Source of the DNA: an uncultured Gemmatimonadales bacterium
GTDB lineage: Bacteria; Gemmatimonadota; Gemmatimonadetes; Palauibacterales; Palauibacteraceae
DNA length: 64,000 bases
Assembly: GCA_963783385.1 (NCBI GenBank)
Contig: CAWANJ010000006.1
Span: 463,675 to 527,674, forward strand
Reading direction: 5' to 3'
Of this stretch, positions 21,243-32,277 are shown piece by piece. How positions within the stretch are numbered: position 1 is the first letter of the stretch; each line of letters starts with the position of its first letter. A program made the position numbers and the translations under genes. The notes under the pieces were generated by a model. That model was not told the origin of the DNA. It worked only from the letters and a program-made list of their open reading frames with translations, and made no database searches.

Positions 21243-21379
21243 GCTTCTCGACGAGCTAGGGGGCTGGCCGCAGGGTCACGTTGCGAACGCGTCCCGCGAG
21301 TCGGTCGGCCGTTGAGACGGCGGTGAGGAGCTGGCGGGAGGCTGTCGCACTTCCCCGTCCCCGTCACCCCGATCCCGGG

Positions 21380-21403
21380 GGCTCTACTTGTACAAGTAGA
21401 GCC
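21380..21403. promoter_or_regulatory. Perfect 24-bp palindrome GGCTCTACTTGTACAAGTAGAGCC (operator-like)
   Basis: Exact inverted repeat between divergent tnaA and ORF 21457. Confidence 0.75.
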
Positions 21404-21456
21404 TCCAGAGAGGGCGGTGGGCGATAGTACACGTCGTGGTCCGACAAGGAGTTGAC

Positions 21457-21768
21457 ATGATCCGAGCCGATTCTCTCGCCGAGCTCGTCCGGCCGGGGCC
21501 CGACGAGCCCTTCTGCTTCGTACGCGGGCGCATGAAGCACGTGTGGCGCCGTGCGGACCGGGCTGCCGACGGTCGAGGTCGACCCGTCGACGGGACGGTC
21601 GGCTCCTCGCGGGCCCGACGATACTGGAGCAGCCTTCTGGGCGAAGTCCTGTGGACCGACGCGGTGCTTCGCCTGAGAGTTCGGGACTGTGACAGGGCCG
21701 CCGTCGTGATGACGGAGTCACGATACCGGGCCCTGGAGGCGGAAGCCAGCCGACGGGGGTCCCGATGA
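21457..21768 (+). CDS. Small protein with Phd/YefM antitoxin-like C-terminal half
   Basis: AAGGAG RBS; SSRARRYWSSLLGEV...AAVVMTESRYRAL resembles the Phd pattern. Confidence 0.55.
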   Translation: MIRADSLAELVRPGPDEPFCFVRGRMKHVWRRADRAADGRGRPVDGTVGSSRARRYWSSLLGEVLWTDAVLRLRVRDCDRAAVVMTESRYRALEAEASRRGSR

Positions 21769-21786
21769 CCATCGGCGGTTGTCCGC

Positions 21787-22401
21787 CTACCCCTCCCGGC
21801 CTCGGAGGCCCAGCTCATCCACGATCCCGCGCATCGCGCCGATGACGAAGGTGACGTGCTCGGTCCACTCCTCGCCCAGCTCTTGGGCGGCGGCGCGCAT
21901 CTCGTCCCGGTCCACGGCGGCGGCGAACGAGCTGTCCTTCATCTTCTTCTTCACCGAGCGAGGCTCCAGGTCCGTGATCCCGTGGGGACGCACCAGCGAG
22001 CAGGCGACGATGAAGCCGGTGAGCTCGTCCACGGCGCGCACGGCCCTGTCCATGCGCGTCTCGGCCGGCACGCCCGTGTAGTCGGCGTGGGCCAGGATGG
22101 CGTGCAGGATGTCCTCCGGGTAGCCCATCCCGCGCAGGATGCGGACGCCCTCGGACGGGTGCTCTCGATCCGGCGCATGCTCGTCGTTGGGCCAGCGCTC
22201 GTAGTCGAAATCGTGCAGGAGGCCGGCAAGGCCCCAGCGCTCCGGGTCCTCACCGAACTTCTCGGCGTAGGCGCGCATGGCGGCCTCGACGGCGAACATG
22301 TGCCGTCGCAGGTTCACGTTGTCGGTGTATTCTTCTACGAGGGCAAGGGCCTCGGCGCGCGATGGCAGGGGCTGGCCCCGTTCCGCTTCCGTGTCGGTCA
22401 A
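21787..22401 (-). CDS. HD-domain phosphohydrolase
   Basis: LRRHMFAVE, GLLHDFDYE, HAILAH, AVDELTG. Confidence 0.9.
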   Translation of the reverse strand: MTDTEAERGQPLPSRAEALALVEEYTDNVNLRRHMFAVEAAMRAYAEKFGEDPERWGLAGLLHDFDYERWPNDEHAPDREHPSEGVRILRGMGYPEDILHAILAHADYTGVPAETRMDRAVRAVDELTGFIVACSLVRPHGITDLEPRSVKKKMKDSSFAAAVDRDEMRAAAQELGEEWTEHVTFVIGAMRGIVDELGLRGREG

Positions 22402-23673
22402 GTCGGATCCTCCTCTTCTTCCTGCGGGTCCGGCCCGCGGCGCGCGAGCTCGGTCTGACCGGGTGTGCCGGACGCCCGGCCCGCCGGGCCCCCGCTCTCC
22501 TCCAGTAGCGCGGCGCGGGTGACGGCCCCCGGCCCGAAGCGCTCGGCCAGCCGGTCAACGGCGGCCGCCACGCGCTCGTCCCGGCGCTCGCCCTCCACGC
22601 TGAACAGGCTGAGCTGTCGTCCCTCCTCGGGGACGAGCGACGACAGGCTGACGCCCACCAGTCGGATCCTGCGCCCGGGCCGATCTGCCCTGGCGAAGAG
22701 GTCCCGGGCCACCGGCCAGATCCGCTCGGTGGTGTTCACGGCGCGGTCGAGCGACGCCTGACGCGTGACGGTCTCGAATTCTTCCCAGCGCAGCTTCACG
22801 GTCACGGTGGAGCCTGCCAGACCCCGGCCGCGGAGCGCAAGGGCGGTGCTCTCGCACAGCCCGAGGAGCGTTCTTCGCACGCGCTCCCGGTCGGAGAGGT
22901 CGTGGTCGAAGGTGATCTCTTTGCCCAGCGACTTCCGTTCCCGGTCCGGGCGGACCGGACGCTCGTCGAGGCCGCGGACGAGGTCGTGGAAGCGGCGACC
23001 TCGAGCCTCCCCGAAGGCTCCGATCAGCACGTCGAGTGGGAGCTCCGCCACGTCGCCCAGGGTCGCGACGCCCAGCCTCCGGAACCGCTCCAGCGCCCGG
23101 GGACCCGCGCCCCACAGCCGACTGGATCTCGAGCGAGCGCCAGGAAGGCGCGCTCTTCGCCGGCAGGGACCACCACCAGGCCGTCGGGTTTCTCCAGGTC
23201 GCTGGCGATCTTGGCCACGAACTTGGAGGCGGCGACGCCCACCGAGGCGGTGAGGTCCTCGGCTTCGTGGATCTCCCGCTTGATCCGCCGCGCGATCTCG
23301 GGGCCGGGTCCGAACAGCTGCCGGCTGCCGGTGACGTCCAGGAAGGCCTCGTCGATGCTGAGGGGCTCGATGAGGTCGGTATAGCGGCCCAGGATCTCGA
23401 ACACGGCCGCGGAGACCTCGGAGTATAGGTGGCGCCGGGGCCGCAAGTAGACTCGGCGTGAGGGCAGCGGCGCCACGCCTCGGAGATGGGCTGGGCCGAG
23501 TGGATCCCGAAGCGGCGCGCCTCGTAGCTCGCGGCCGCGACGACGCCCCGCCCACGCCCCTCCTGGGGATCCGAGCCGACCACGACCGGCTTGCCACGGA
23601 GCGACGGGTCCTGCCGTTGCTCGACGGAGGCGAAGAAGGCGTCCATGTCCACGTGCAGGACCGTGCGGCTCAT
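22398..23673 (-). CDS. dinB: DNA polymerase IV (two frameshifts, near 23450 and 23130)
   Basis: [49 protein letters not shown]. Confidence 0.9.
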
Positions 23674-24527
23674 CGCGCGTCCCTCTCGTCCACGATCCTC
23701 CGCGCCCGTCCCGGGAAGTCGCTGATCAGGCCGTCCACGCCCAGGCCGAGGAGGCGGCGCATGTCGCCGGGCTCGTTCACGGTCCACACGAACACGCCGA
23801 TGCCGTGCCGCCGGGCCCGCTGCACGAAGCGGCGCGTCACGATCCGGACCGGGCCGTGGCGCTCGGGGACCATGACGGCGTCCACCTCGGGTGGCTGGCC
23901 GGCCGGGAGCCAGCCGAGTCCGAGCTTCCCGAGGAGCACGTAGGTGCGGAGATCCTCCTCGGCCGCGCATCGCCAGCGGGCCCGGCGGGCGCCGCGGTCG
24001 ACGGCGGCGCGCGCGAACCCGCCGACCAGGATGCGGGCGGGGTTCACGGTGCCCTCGGCGAGGCAGCGATCCAGGGCCTCGGCGGCGCGATCCGTCTTCA
24101 CCTCGGCCACCACGGGCAGGGTCCCGGCCGCCTGCATCGCTTCCTCGAGGGTGGGGAAGCGGACGCCCTTCCCCCGGAAGGGGTGGGTGCGCCCGCGGTC
24201 GGGAGTGAACGCGTACCCCGCGTCCAGGGACCGCGCTTCCTCCAGGGTCATGTCCTCCATCGGCCCGGAACCATCGCTGACCCGGTCCACCGTGTCGTCG
24301 TGGAGCAGCACGAGACGGCCGTCGCGGGTCGCGTGGAGGTCGAATTCGACCGCGTCGGCGCCGACCGCGACGGCATGGCGGATGGCCGGAAGCGTGTTCT
24401 CGGGGGCGCATCCCGCCGCCCCGCGATGCCCGATGACGCGGACGCTGCCGGCAGGGGCGAAGGCGGTGCCGCCAGGGGCGGCGCCCTGCGGGAAGGGGCC
24501 GGATGCTGCGGATCCGCCGTGGACCAT
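23670..24527 (-). CDS. Glycerophosphodiester phosphodiesterase
   Basis: [32 protein letters not shown]. Confidence 0.93.
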   Translation of the reverse strand: MVHGGSAASGPFPQGAAPGGTAFAPAGSVRVIGHRGAAGCAPENTLPAIRHAVAVGADAVEFDLHATRDGRLVLLHDDTVDRVSDGSGPMEDMTLEEARSLDAGYAFTPDRGRTHPFRGKGVRFPTLEEAMQAAGTLPVVAEVKTDRAAEALDRCLAEGTVNPARILVGGFARAAVDRGARRARWRCAAEEDLRTYVLLGKLGLGWLPAGQPPEVDAVMVPERHGPVRIVTRRFVQRARRHGIGVFVWTVNEPGDMRRLLGLGVDGLISDFPGRARRIVDERDAR

Positions 24528-24595
24528 GACCTGAGCATACCGATTTCTCGGCGTCGGGTGGAGTCCCGCGCGGGATCAGGGCGTATGTTCACCGT

Positions 24596-25735
24596 ATGCG
24601 TGTCCTGGTGTGCCCGACCGCGTTCAAGGGGAGTCTCGGTGCCGCGGAGGCGTGTGCCGCCATGGCACGCGGCGTCTCGGCGGAGCGTCCGGAATGGGCC
24701 CTCGAGCGGCTACCGCTGTCCGACGGAGGGCCCGGACTCCTGGATGCGCTGGGCGCCGCGGACGAACCCGGCGGCCGCATCGCATCGGTGCCGTCACGTG
24801 GAACGCTGGAGCGCGTAGAGGTTCCCGGCCCGCTGGGCGCCCCGGTCGGAGCTCGCATCCTGTGGCTGGAGCGAGAGGCGGTCCTCGAGTCGGCCGATTC
24901 CTGTGGCCTCGAGCGCCTGGGCGAGGAGCAGGCACCGCTGCGGGCGGACACCCGTGGCGTGGGGGCTCTGGTGCGCCACGCCCTCGACCGGGGAGCGACG
25001 GCGGTGCGGATCGGCCTGGGCGGCTCGGCCTCCACGGACGGCGGAACCGGGATGGCCCGCGCGTTCGGCTGGCGGTTCCTGGACGAGCATGGGGCGGAGC
25101 TTCCTGCCGGGCGGCGGCGGTCTGCGCCGGCTGGCGCGGATCGAGCCCGGTCTCCGGCCGGGGGCGACGGCGCGGCGGAGATCACGGCGCTGGCCGACGT
25201 GGACACGCCGCTCCTCGGCCTCCGCGGCGCGGCCCGCACCTTCGGCCCGCAGAAGGGAGCCAGCGCGGGCGAGGTGGAGCTCCTGGCCACGGGCCTCGAG
25301 CGGCTGGTGACCCGGCTCGGCTCCGACCTGGGAGGAGTGGGCGGGCAGAGGCGACTCGACGGGCCCGGCTCGGGAGCCGCGGGCGGCCTTGGCGCGGGGT
25401 GTGCCGTGTTCCTCGGGGCGAAGCTGGTGCCGGGCGCTGCCTGGGTGCTGGAGCGCACCCGCTTCGACGAGCGGCTGGCCCGGGCCGACCTGGTCGTGAC
25501 CGGGGAGGGCGCGTGGGACCGGAGCAGTGCGGCCGGCAAGATCACCTGGGAGGTGATACGCAGGGCCCGCGCCGCCGGCGTGGCGGTCCTCCTCCTGTGC
25601 GGCCGACTCGATTCGGAGCCACCGGAAGGCATCCCGGCCTTCAATGGGGCGGGCGCGTGGCTCGACGCGGCCGGGCTGGAGGGTCTGGCGGCCCGGGCCG
25701 CCGATTCCTTGCAGGACTCCGGCGACGCGCGGTAA
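24596..25735 (+). CDS. Glycerate kinase (GlxK/GarK family)
   Basis: PTAFKGSL, SDGGPG, GLGGSASTDGG, FGPQKGA, GAAGGLG, TGEG. Confidence 0.92.
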   Translation: MRVLVCPTAFKGSLGAAEACAAMARGVSAERPEWALERLPLSDGGPGLLDALGAADEPGGRIASVPSRGTLERVEVPGPLGAPVGARILWLEREAVLESADSCGLERLGEEQAPLRADTRGVGALVRHALDRGATAVRIGLGGSASTDGGTGMARAFGWRFLDEHGAELPAGRRRSAPAGADRARSPAGGDGAAEITALADVDTPLLGLRGAARTFGPQKGASAGEVELLATGLERLVTRLGSDLGGVGGQRRLDGPGSGAAGGLGAGCAVFLGAKLVPGAAWVLERTRFDERLARADLVVTGEGAWDRSSAAGKITWEVIRRARAAGVAVLLLCGRLDSEPPEGIPAFNGAGAWLDAAGLEGLAARAADSLQDSGDAR

Positions 25736-25805
25736 CCTTGACGCCTTCCTCGACCGTGGCACCGACCGTGAACCGCTCGGAAACGAGCCAGGAGCCGACG
25801 AACGA

Positions 25806-27165
25806 ATGAGCCAGGAGCCCACGCAGCACATCGCCGACCTCATGGACCGGCTCGTCTCCCTGTGCAAGCAGCGGGGCTTCGTGTTCCAGTCTTCGGAGAT
25901 CTACGGAGGGGATGGGCTCGGTGTACGACTACGGCCCGCTCGGCGTGGAGCTCAAGCGGAACCTGCGCGAGGCGTGGTGGCACGAGATGGTCACCTCGCG
26001 GGAGGACATCGAGGGCCTCGAGTCCGGCATCCTCATGCACCCGGCCGTATGGGAGGCCAGCGGGCACGTGGCCGGCTTCACCGACCCCCTTGTCGAGTGC
26101 CGGAACTGCCACCGGCGGTTCCGGTCCGACCACCTGGACGAGGAGCAGCCCGGCGCGGAGCCGGGGGGCTGGCAGTGTCCCGTGTGCGGGGTGACGGGCG
26201 ACTTCACCGAGCCCCGGCAGTTCAATCTCATGTTCAAGACGTTCATGGGCCCGGTGGATGACGAGGGCTCGGTCGCCTACCTGCGTCCCGAGACGGCCCA
26301 GGGGACGTACGTGAACTTCCGGAACGTCCAGGAGAGCGCCCGCCAGAAGATCCCGTTCGGGATCGCGCAGACGGGGCGCGCGTTCCGGAACGAGATCACG
26401 CCCGGCAACTTCATCTTCCGGACGCGCGAGTTCGAGCAGATGGAGATGCAGTTCTTCGTGAAGCCGGGCACGGACGACGACTGGCTCGCCACCTGGCGGG
26501 ACTGGCGCCTGGCCTGGCTGGAGGGTCTGGGCATCCGCGGCGACCGGCTTCGTCTCCACCAGCACGGTCCCGATGAGCTGGCGCACTATGCCAAGGAAGC
26601 CTGGGACATCCAGTACTTCTTCCCATTCGGGTGGCAGGAGTTCGAGGGCATTCACAACCGCACGGACTTCGACCTGTCGCGGCACCAGGAGCACTCGGGG
26701 AAGAAGCTCGAGTACTTCGACCCACAGACCCAGGAGCGCTACCTCCCCTACGTGATCGAGACGGCCATCGGGCTCGATCGGCTGTTCCTCGTGGTCCTCG
26801 CCGACGCGTACGCGGAGGAAGAGGTGGAGGGGGAGACCCGCACGGTGCTCCGCCTGGAACCGCGGCTGGCCCCGATCAAGGCGGCTATCTTCCCGCTCGT
26901 CAAGAAGGACGGCATGCCGGAGGTGGCGCACCGGATCACCGACGAGCTGCGCGGCCGCTTCCCGGTGTTCTACGACGAGTCCGGATCGATCGGTCGGCGC
27001 TACCGGCGGCAGGACGAGGCCGGGACCCCGTTCTGCATCACGGTGGATGGACAGACGCTCGAGGACGAGACCGTCACCGTGCGGGACCGGGACACGCTGG
27101 GGCAGGTCCGCGTTCCGATCGCGGGGCTCGCCGATCACCTGGCCGACGCGCTGGGCCCCTCCTAG
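25806..27165 (+). CDS. glyQS: Glycine--tRNA ligase, homodimeric type (frameshift in the G-run near 25910)
   Basis: KQRGFVFQSSEIYG, YDYGPLG, LRPETAQG, FRNEITP, REFEQ, SIGRRYRRQDE. Confidence 0.95.
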
Positions 27166-27168
27166 ATC

Positions 27169-28116
27169 GTGAGCCGCGGTCGCGCGTGGGCCGGATGGGC
27201 CGCCGGGACCGGGGCGGCGGCCGGCGCCTACTTATGGGCCATGGTGCATCGCAACCGCTCCCTGCGGCCGGCCCCCGTCCGTGACCTGGCCGGACGACCG
27301 TATCCCGAGCGCACCTTCGTATACGCGGACGGCGGACGCGTATCCCTCATCAATGTGGGGGAGGGCACGCCCGTCCTGCTCGTGCCCGGCGCGGACGGCA
27401 TCAAGGAAAGCTACCGGTACCAGGTCCCCGCCTTCTCCGAGCTCCACCGGGTCATCGACGCTGACCTGAGGGGCGAGTTCTCGCCGGAGGACACCTTCGA
27501 CCGGTTCGTGCGGGACCTCGTGGAGCTGACGGACGCTCTCGACACGGGCCCGGTCCACCTGGTGGGCCAGAGCCTGGGCGGAGCGGTCGCCATGCGGTTC
27601 GCCGCGCGGCACCCGGAGCGGGTGCGCGCCCTCGTCCTCGTCAACACCCTCTACCGGGTGAGCTACGAGCACGTCGGGCTCAACCGGGCGGCGCTGGTCC
27701 CGCTGGCCATGGCCACCACGCGCTACCTGCCCACCGCGCTGGCCCGCGCGGCCGCCAGGCTGTGGAGCCGCGAGGCGGTGTGGATCTTCGACGACTCGCC
27801 CGGCTCCGAGAACGTGGTCGACTACGCGCTGTGGACCGGGGCTCGCACCGTACGCCCCGGCGTGGGGCGGCATCGCGTGGACCTAATGCGGGGGCTGGAC
27901 CTGCGGCCCGAGCTCGCGGACATCCGAGCCCCCACCCTGGTCGTCAAGGGGCCGCGCGACGCCTACTGTCCGCCGGCCTGGTCGAAGGAGATCGCGGCGC
28001 TCGTACCCGACGCCACCTACGTCGAGATCCCGGGAACGGGCCACTGCTCGCACGTCTCCATGCCGGGGGCGTTCAACCGGCTGGTGCTGGACTGGCTGGA
28101 GGAGCACACCACATGA
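27169..28116 (+). CDS. Alpha/beta hydrolase
   Basis: GQSLGG nucleophile elbow, G-x-x-D and GH near the C-terminus. Confidence 0.9.
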   Translation: MSRGRAWAGWAAGTGAAAGAYLWAMVHRNRSLRPAPVRDLAGRPYPERTFVYADGGRVSLINVGEGTPVLLVPGADGIKESYRYQVPAFSELHRVIDADLRGEFSPEDTFDRFVRDLVELTDALDTGPVHLVGQSLGGAVAMRFAARHPERVRALVLVNTLYRVSYEHVGLNRAALVPLAMATTRYLPTALARAAARLWSREAVWIFDDSPGSENVVDYALWTGARTVRPGVGRHRVDLMRGLDLRPELADIRAPTLVVKGPRDAYCPPAWSKEIAALVPDATYVEIPGTGHCSHVSMPGAFNRLVLDWLEEHTT

Positions 28117-29567
28117 GCGATCAGACGCACTTCACCTCTCGCTACGGGACCATGCTGGCCATGCTCGGCATGGCGGTCGGGACGGGGAACATCTGGCGCT
28201 TCCCGCGGGTGGCCGCGTCCAACGGCGGCGGCAGCTTCCTGGTGGCGTGGGTCGTCTTCCTCTTCATCTGGTCCGTGCCCCTCATCCTGGTCGAGTTCTC
28301 GCTGGGCAAGCGGGCCCGCTCCGGCCCTATCGGGGCGTTCACGCGCATCTTCGGAAAGAAGCACGCCTGGATGGGCGCCTGGGTGGCGTTCACGGCCACG
28401 GCGATCATGTTCTACTACTCGGTGGTCATGGGCTGGACCCTGCGTTACCTGTGGGGCTCGATCACCAGCTCGATCCCGACCGCCACGCCCGAGGCGGCCC
28501 GGGGGTTCTGGCAATCGTACATCCACTCCGGGTGGCCGGCGGTCACGCACGCCATCTCCATGGCGCTGGGGGTCGCGGTGGTCATGAAGGGCGTCCAGGG
28601 GATCGAGCGCGCGGCCAAGGTGCTGATCCCGAGCCTGTTCGTCATGGTCATCATCCTGGCCATCCGGGCGGTGACCCTGCCGGGCGCCGATCGCGGGCTG
28701 GCCTTCCTGTTCACGCCCCACTGGTCGGACCTTTCGCATCCACGGGTGTGGCTGCAGGCCCTGACCCAGAACGCGTGGGACACGGGCGCGGGCTGGGGCC
28801 TGATCACCGCCTACGCGGTCTACCTTCGCCGCAGCGAGGACACGACCCTGAACGCCTTCCTGCTCGGGTTCGGGAACAACACGGTGTCGCTCCTGGCCGG
28901 CATCATGGTGCTGTGCACGGCCCTGGCCATCCTCCCCCAGGCGGCCCAGCAGATCGTGGGAGCGGGGAACGAGGGGCTCACCTTCATCTGGGTCCCGCAG
29001 CTGTTCCACCGGATGCCGGCCGGCGAGCCGTTCATGGTCCTGTTCTTCCTGGCCCTGTTCTTCGCCGCCTGGAGCAGCCTGATCTCGATGATCGAGCTCG
29101 CCGCGCGGGTGCTCATCGACGCGGGCTGGACGCGCGGTCGGGCCATCATCGTGGTCGGGGTGTTCGGCTTCCTGCTCGGGTTGCCCTCGGCGCTGTCGAT
29201 CAACGTGCTTCGGAACCAGGACTGGGTGTGGGGGGTCGGACTCCTGTTGTCGGGCTTCTTCTTCGCCGTCTCGGTGCTGCGCTTCGGCGTGGACCGTTTC
29301 CGGCGCGAGCTCGTGAACGACGAGGGGGCGGATCTGAGGATCGGTCGGTGGTGGAACGTGGTGATGTGGCTGGTGGCGGCCCAGGCCGTGGTGCTCATGG
29401 TCTGGTGGCTGGCGCAGGCCTTCAACCGTCACGACATTGGCGCCTCGCTGACGCTCCTCTCGACTTCCAACTCGGGCACCGTCCTGATACAGTGGGCGCT
29501 GGCGATCGGGGTCTTCCTGCTGCTGAATCGATGGCTGGGTCGCCGGTTCGAGTCGGCCGGAGACTAG
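28113..29567 (+). CDS. Sodium-dependent amino-acid transporter (NSS/SNF family)
   Basis: GMAVGTGNIWRFP, NGGGSF, FYYSV, GLTFI; ATGA overlap with the upstream gene. Confidence 0.93.
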   Translation: MSDQTHFTSRYGTMLAMLGMAVGTGNIWRFPRVAASNGGGSFLVAWVVFLFIWSVPLILVEFSLGKRARSGPIGAFTRIFGKKHAWMGAWVAFTATAIMFYYSVVMGWTLRYLWGSITSSIPTATPEAARGFWQSYIHSGWPAVTHAISMALGVAVVMKGVQGIERAAKVLIPSLFVMVIILAIRAVTLPGADRGLAFLFTPHWSDLSHPRVWLQALTQNAWDTGAGWGLITAYAVYLRRSEDTTLNAFLLGFGNNTVSLLAGIMVLCTALAILPQAAQQIVGAGNEGLTFIWVPQLFHRMPAGEPFMVLFFLALFFAAWSSLISMIELAARVLIDAGWTRGRAIIVVGVFGFLLGLPSALSINVLRNQDWVWGVGLLLSGFFFAVSVLRFGVDRFRRELVNDEGADLRIGRWWNVVMWLVAAQAVVLMVWWLAQAFNRHDIGASLTLLSTSNSGTVLIQWALAIGVFLLLNRWLGRRFESAGD

Positions 29568-29637
29568 CCGTTTCTCGCCGTCCCGCCCTTCCGGGTCGGA
29601 GCCGTTCCCACCGCCCCCTGCGTGGAGGCACGCGTCC

Positions 29638-31774
29638 ATGCTGAGCACCCGTCGCATCGCCGTCCCGCTCGTCGCCGCCCTGCTCGCCAGCGCGGCGGCG
29701 GGTGCCTGTGCCAGCGCCGGACCGTCCGGCTCCCCCTCCCGCGGGCCGCGTCCGCAGGTGCGGGGCGAGGAGGGCCCGGCGCGACCGCTGACGCCCGAGC
29801 AGCAGGCGGCCCGGCGCGTCTCCCGCATCGCCATCACACCGGATTCGGTCCGAGCTTCAGGTCGGTGACTCGGCGCGCGTCCGGGTCACGGCGCTGGACT
29901 CGGCCGGAAAGGCTGTGGAGGAGTGCGCCCCTGCGCGCGTTCGTGAGCGGCCGGTCGGCCGCCTACGACGACTCCTCGGGCTGGGTGCGGGGCCTCGAGG
30001 CCGGCACGGCCATCCTGTACGGCGTCGTCGCGGTGCCTCCCGCCCGCCCCGGCGCGGAGGGCCGGAGCATCCTGGGCCGGGCCACCATCCGGGTCGCGCC
30101 CCTCCCGGTCGTGCGGATCGAGCCCACGGACGTCCCGGACAGCCTGTACCAGGGCACGCGGACTCGCCTCGCGGCGGTCGCCTTCTCGCGGGTCGGCGAG
30201 CGCGAGGGCGCTCCGCTGACGTGGAGCTCTTCGGACACCGCCGTGCTGGCGGTCACCGAGCACGGGCTCGCCAGCGCGCTGTCTCCCGGCCAGGCTACCG
30301 TGACGGTTCGCTCGGGCGGTGTTGAGGCGAGGGGCGCCGTGCAGGTGGTGAAGAGCCCGGTGCGATCCCTCGTCGTGACGCCCGCGTCCGTGGACACGCT
30401 CACCGGGGACGTGGTGCACCTCGACGGCCACGGCTCGGGACGCCACCGGCCAGCCCGTCGTCGGGCGTGCCGGTCCGCTGGTCGGTGGCGGGACCGGACG
30501 GCGCCGCGGACGTGGGGGCCCACCTGGACGAGAGCGGGACGTTCGTGGCGGAGCGCCCGGGCCTGTACTCGGTCACGGCCGCGGCCGGAGACCGCACCGC
30601 GGTGGCCGAGATCTCGGTCGGGCACCGCCCCTTCCGGATCCCGATGAAGGCGGTCGGGCACGGTGTCGTGCACGGCCACTCCACCTCGGACCTGTGGGTG
30701 TTCCAGGGCGTGGACGGCCGGGACTACGCGTACACGGGCACACACGCCGCGGGGGCCGGGGGCGACGTCCTGTACGCGTGGGACGTCACCGACCCCGCCA
30801 GGCCCGTGACCACGGACTCGGTGGTGGTGGACGCGCGGGTCGTGAACGACATCAAGGTCAACGACACGCGCCAGATCGCGGTCCTCACCCGCGAGGGCGC
30901 GTCGGATCGGAAGAACGGGATCGTGCTCCTGGACATCCGGATCCCGGCGCACCCGAAAATCATCACGAGCTATACGCAGGACCTCACGGCCGGCGTGCAC
31001 AACACGTGGATATCGGGGAACCTCGTATACGCGGTCAACGACGGCACGCGGGCCATCCACATCATCGACATCTCCGACCCCCTGCATCCGAGGGAGGTCG
31101 GCCGCTGGGAGATCGACCGTCCCGGCAAGTACCTGCACGACATCACGGTCAAGGACGGCCTCGCCTACGTGAGCTACTGGGACGACGGGCTCATCATCCT
31201 GGACGTGGGCGCCGGGATCGCGGGCGGGACGCCGACGAAGCCGGTCGAGGTGAGCCAGCTCAAGTACCGCACCCACTGGGGCGCCGAGACGTACGGCAAC
31301 ACGCACCACGCCATCCGCTACAAGAATTACGTGTTCGTGAGCGACGAGATCTTCGGCTGCTCCGAGTGCGTGAACGGGCCGCGCGGCTACGTGCACGTCA
31401 TCGACGTGAGCGACATCCGCCACCCGAAGGAGGTGGCCTACTTCCGCGTGCCGGAGGCCGGCTCGCACAACCTGTGGGTGCAGGACGACCGGCTGTACAT
31501 CGCCTACTACCAGGGCGGACTCCGGGTGGTGGACATCTCCGGCGAGCTGCGCGGCGACCTGTACCGGCAGGGCCGGGAGATCGGCTGGTTCGACACGGCC
31601 TCGCCCGACGCGTTCGAGCCGAACGCCGCCATGGCCTGGGGACCGCAGCTGTTCCGGGGGCACATCTTCGTCTCCGACATGAACTCGGGGCTGTGGATCG
31701 TGAAGTTCGCGCGCGGCGACGCGACCACGGGCGCCAGCGCCTCCGGCGCCGGCGCGTCCGGCGGCGGCTCCTAG
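29638..31774 (+). CDS. Lipoprotein with Ig-like domains and LVIVD-repeat propeller (frameshifts near 29850 and 30430)
   Basis: Lipobox AGAC; LTWSSSDTAVLAV (Big_2-like); repeats IVLLDI, IHIIDIS, LIILDV, VHVIDVS, LRVVDIS. Confidence 0.8.
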
Positions 31775-31791
31775 AGGACCCCGCCCTCCCC

Positions 31792-32277
31792 GTGGCCGTC
31801 ACGCCGGCTGTCTTCCGCCACGTCCTCGGCCACCTGGCCGGAGGCGTGACCGTCGTCACCACGCGGGACGACGCCGGGCGTCATCACGGTCTCACGGCCA
31901 CGGCCGTGTGCTCGGTCTCCCTGGACCCCCCGCTCGTCCTCGCCTCCCTGGAGCGGGACGCCAACACGCACGCGATCATCGAGCGTTCGGGCGTGTTCGC
32001 CCTGAACTTCCTGGCCGACACCGAGCGCGAGGTGGCGGTCCGCTTCGCCACGACGCCCGACGACAAGTTCCAGGACCTGGCCGTGACCACGGCCCACACG
32101 GGCTCCCCCCTCATGGTGGGCGCGGTGGCGTGGTGCGACTGCGTGGTGGTGAAGAGCGTCGAGGCGGGCGACCACACGGTGTTCATCGGCCGCGTCGAGG
32201 CGGCCGAGGTACGGCGGCCCGAGGAGCCCCATCCCCTCGTCCACTACGCCGGGCGGTGGGCCACGCTGTGCGACTGA
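31792..32277 (+). CDS. Flavin reductase family protein
   Basis: FRHVLG, GVTVVTT, SVSLDPPLV, GDHTVFIG. Confidence 0.92.
   Translation: MAVTPAVFRHVLGHLAGGVTVVTTRDDAGRHHGLTATAVCSVSLDPPLVLASLERDANTHAIIERSGVFALNFLADTEREVAVRFATTPDDKFQDLAVTTAHTGSPLMVGAVAWCDCVVVKSVEAGDHTVFIGRVEAAEVRRPEEPHPLVHYAGRWATLCD

Noticed and set aside
21243-21379. TnaC-like leader peptide upstream of tnaA
   Set aside because: No short ORF with the Trp...Asp...Pro-stop pattern was found on the minus strand.
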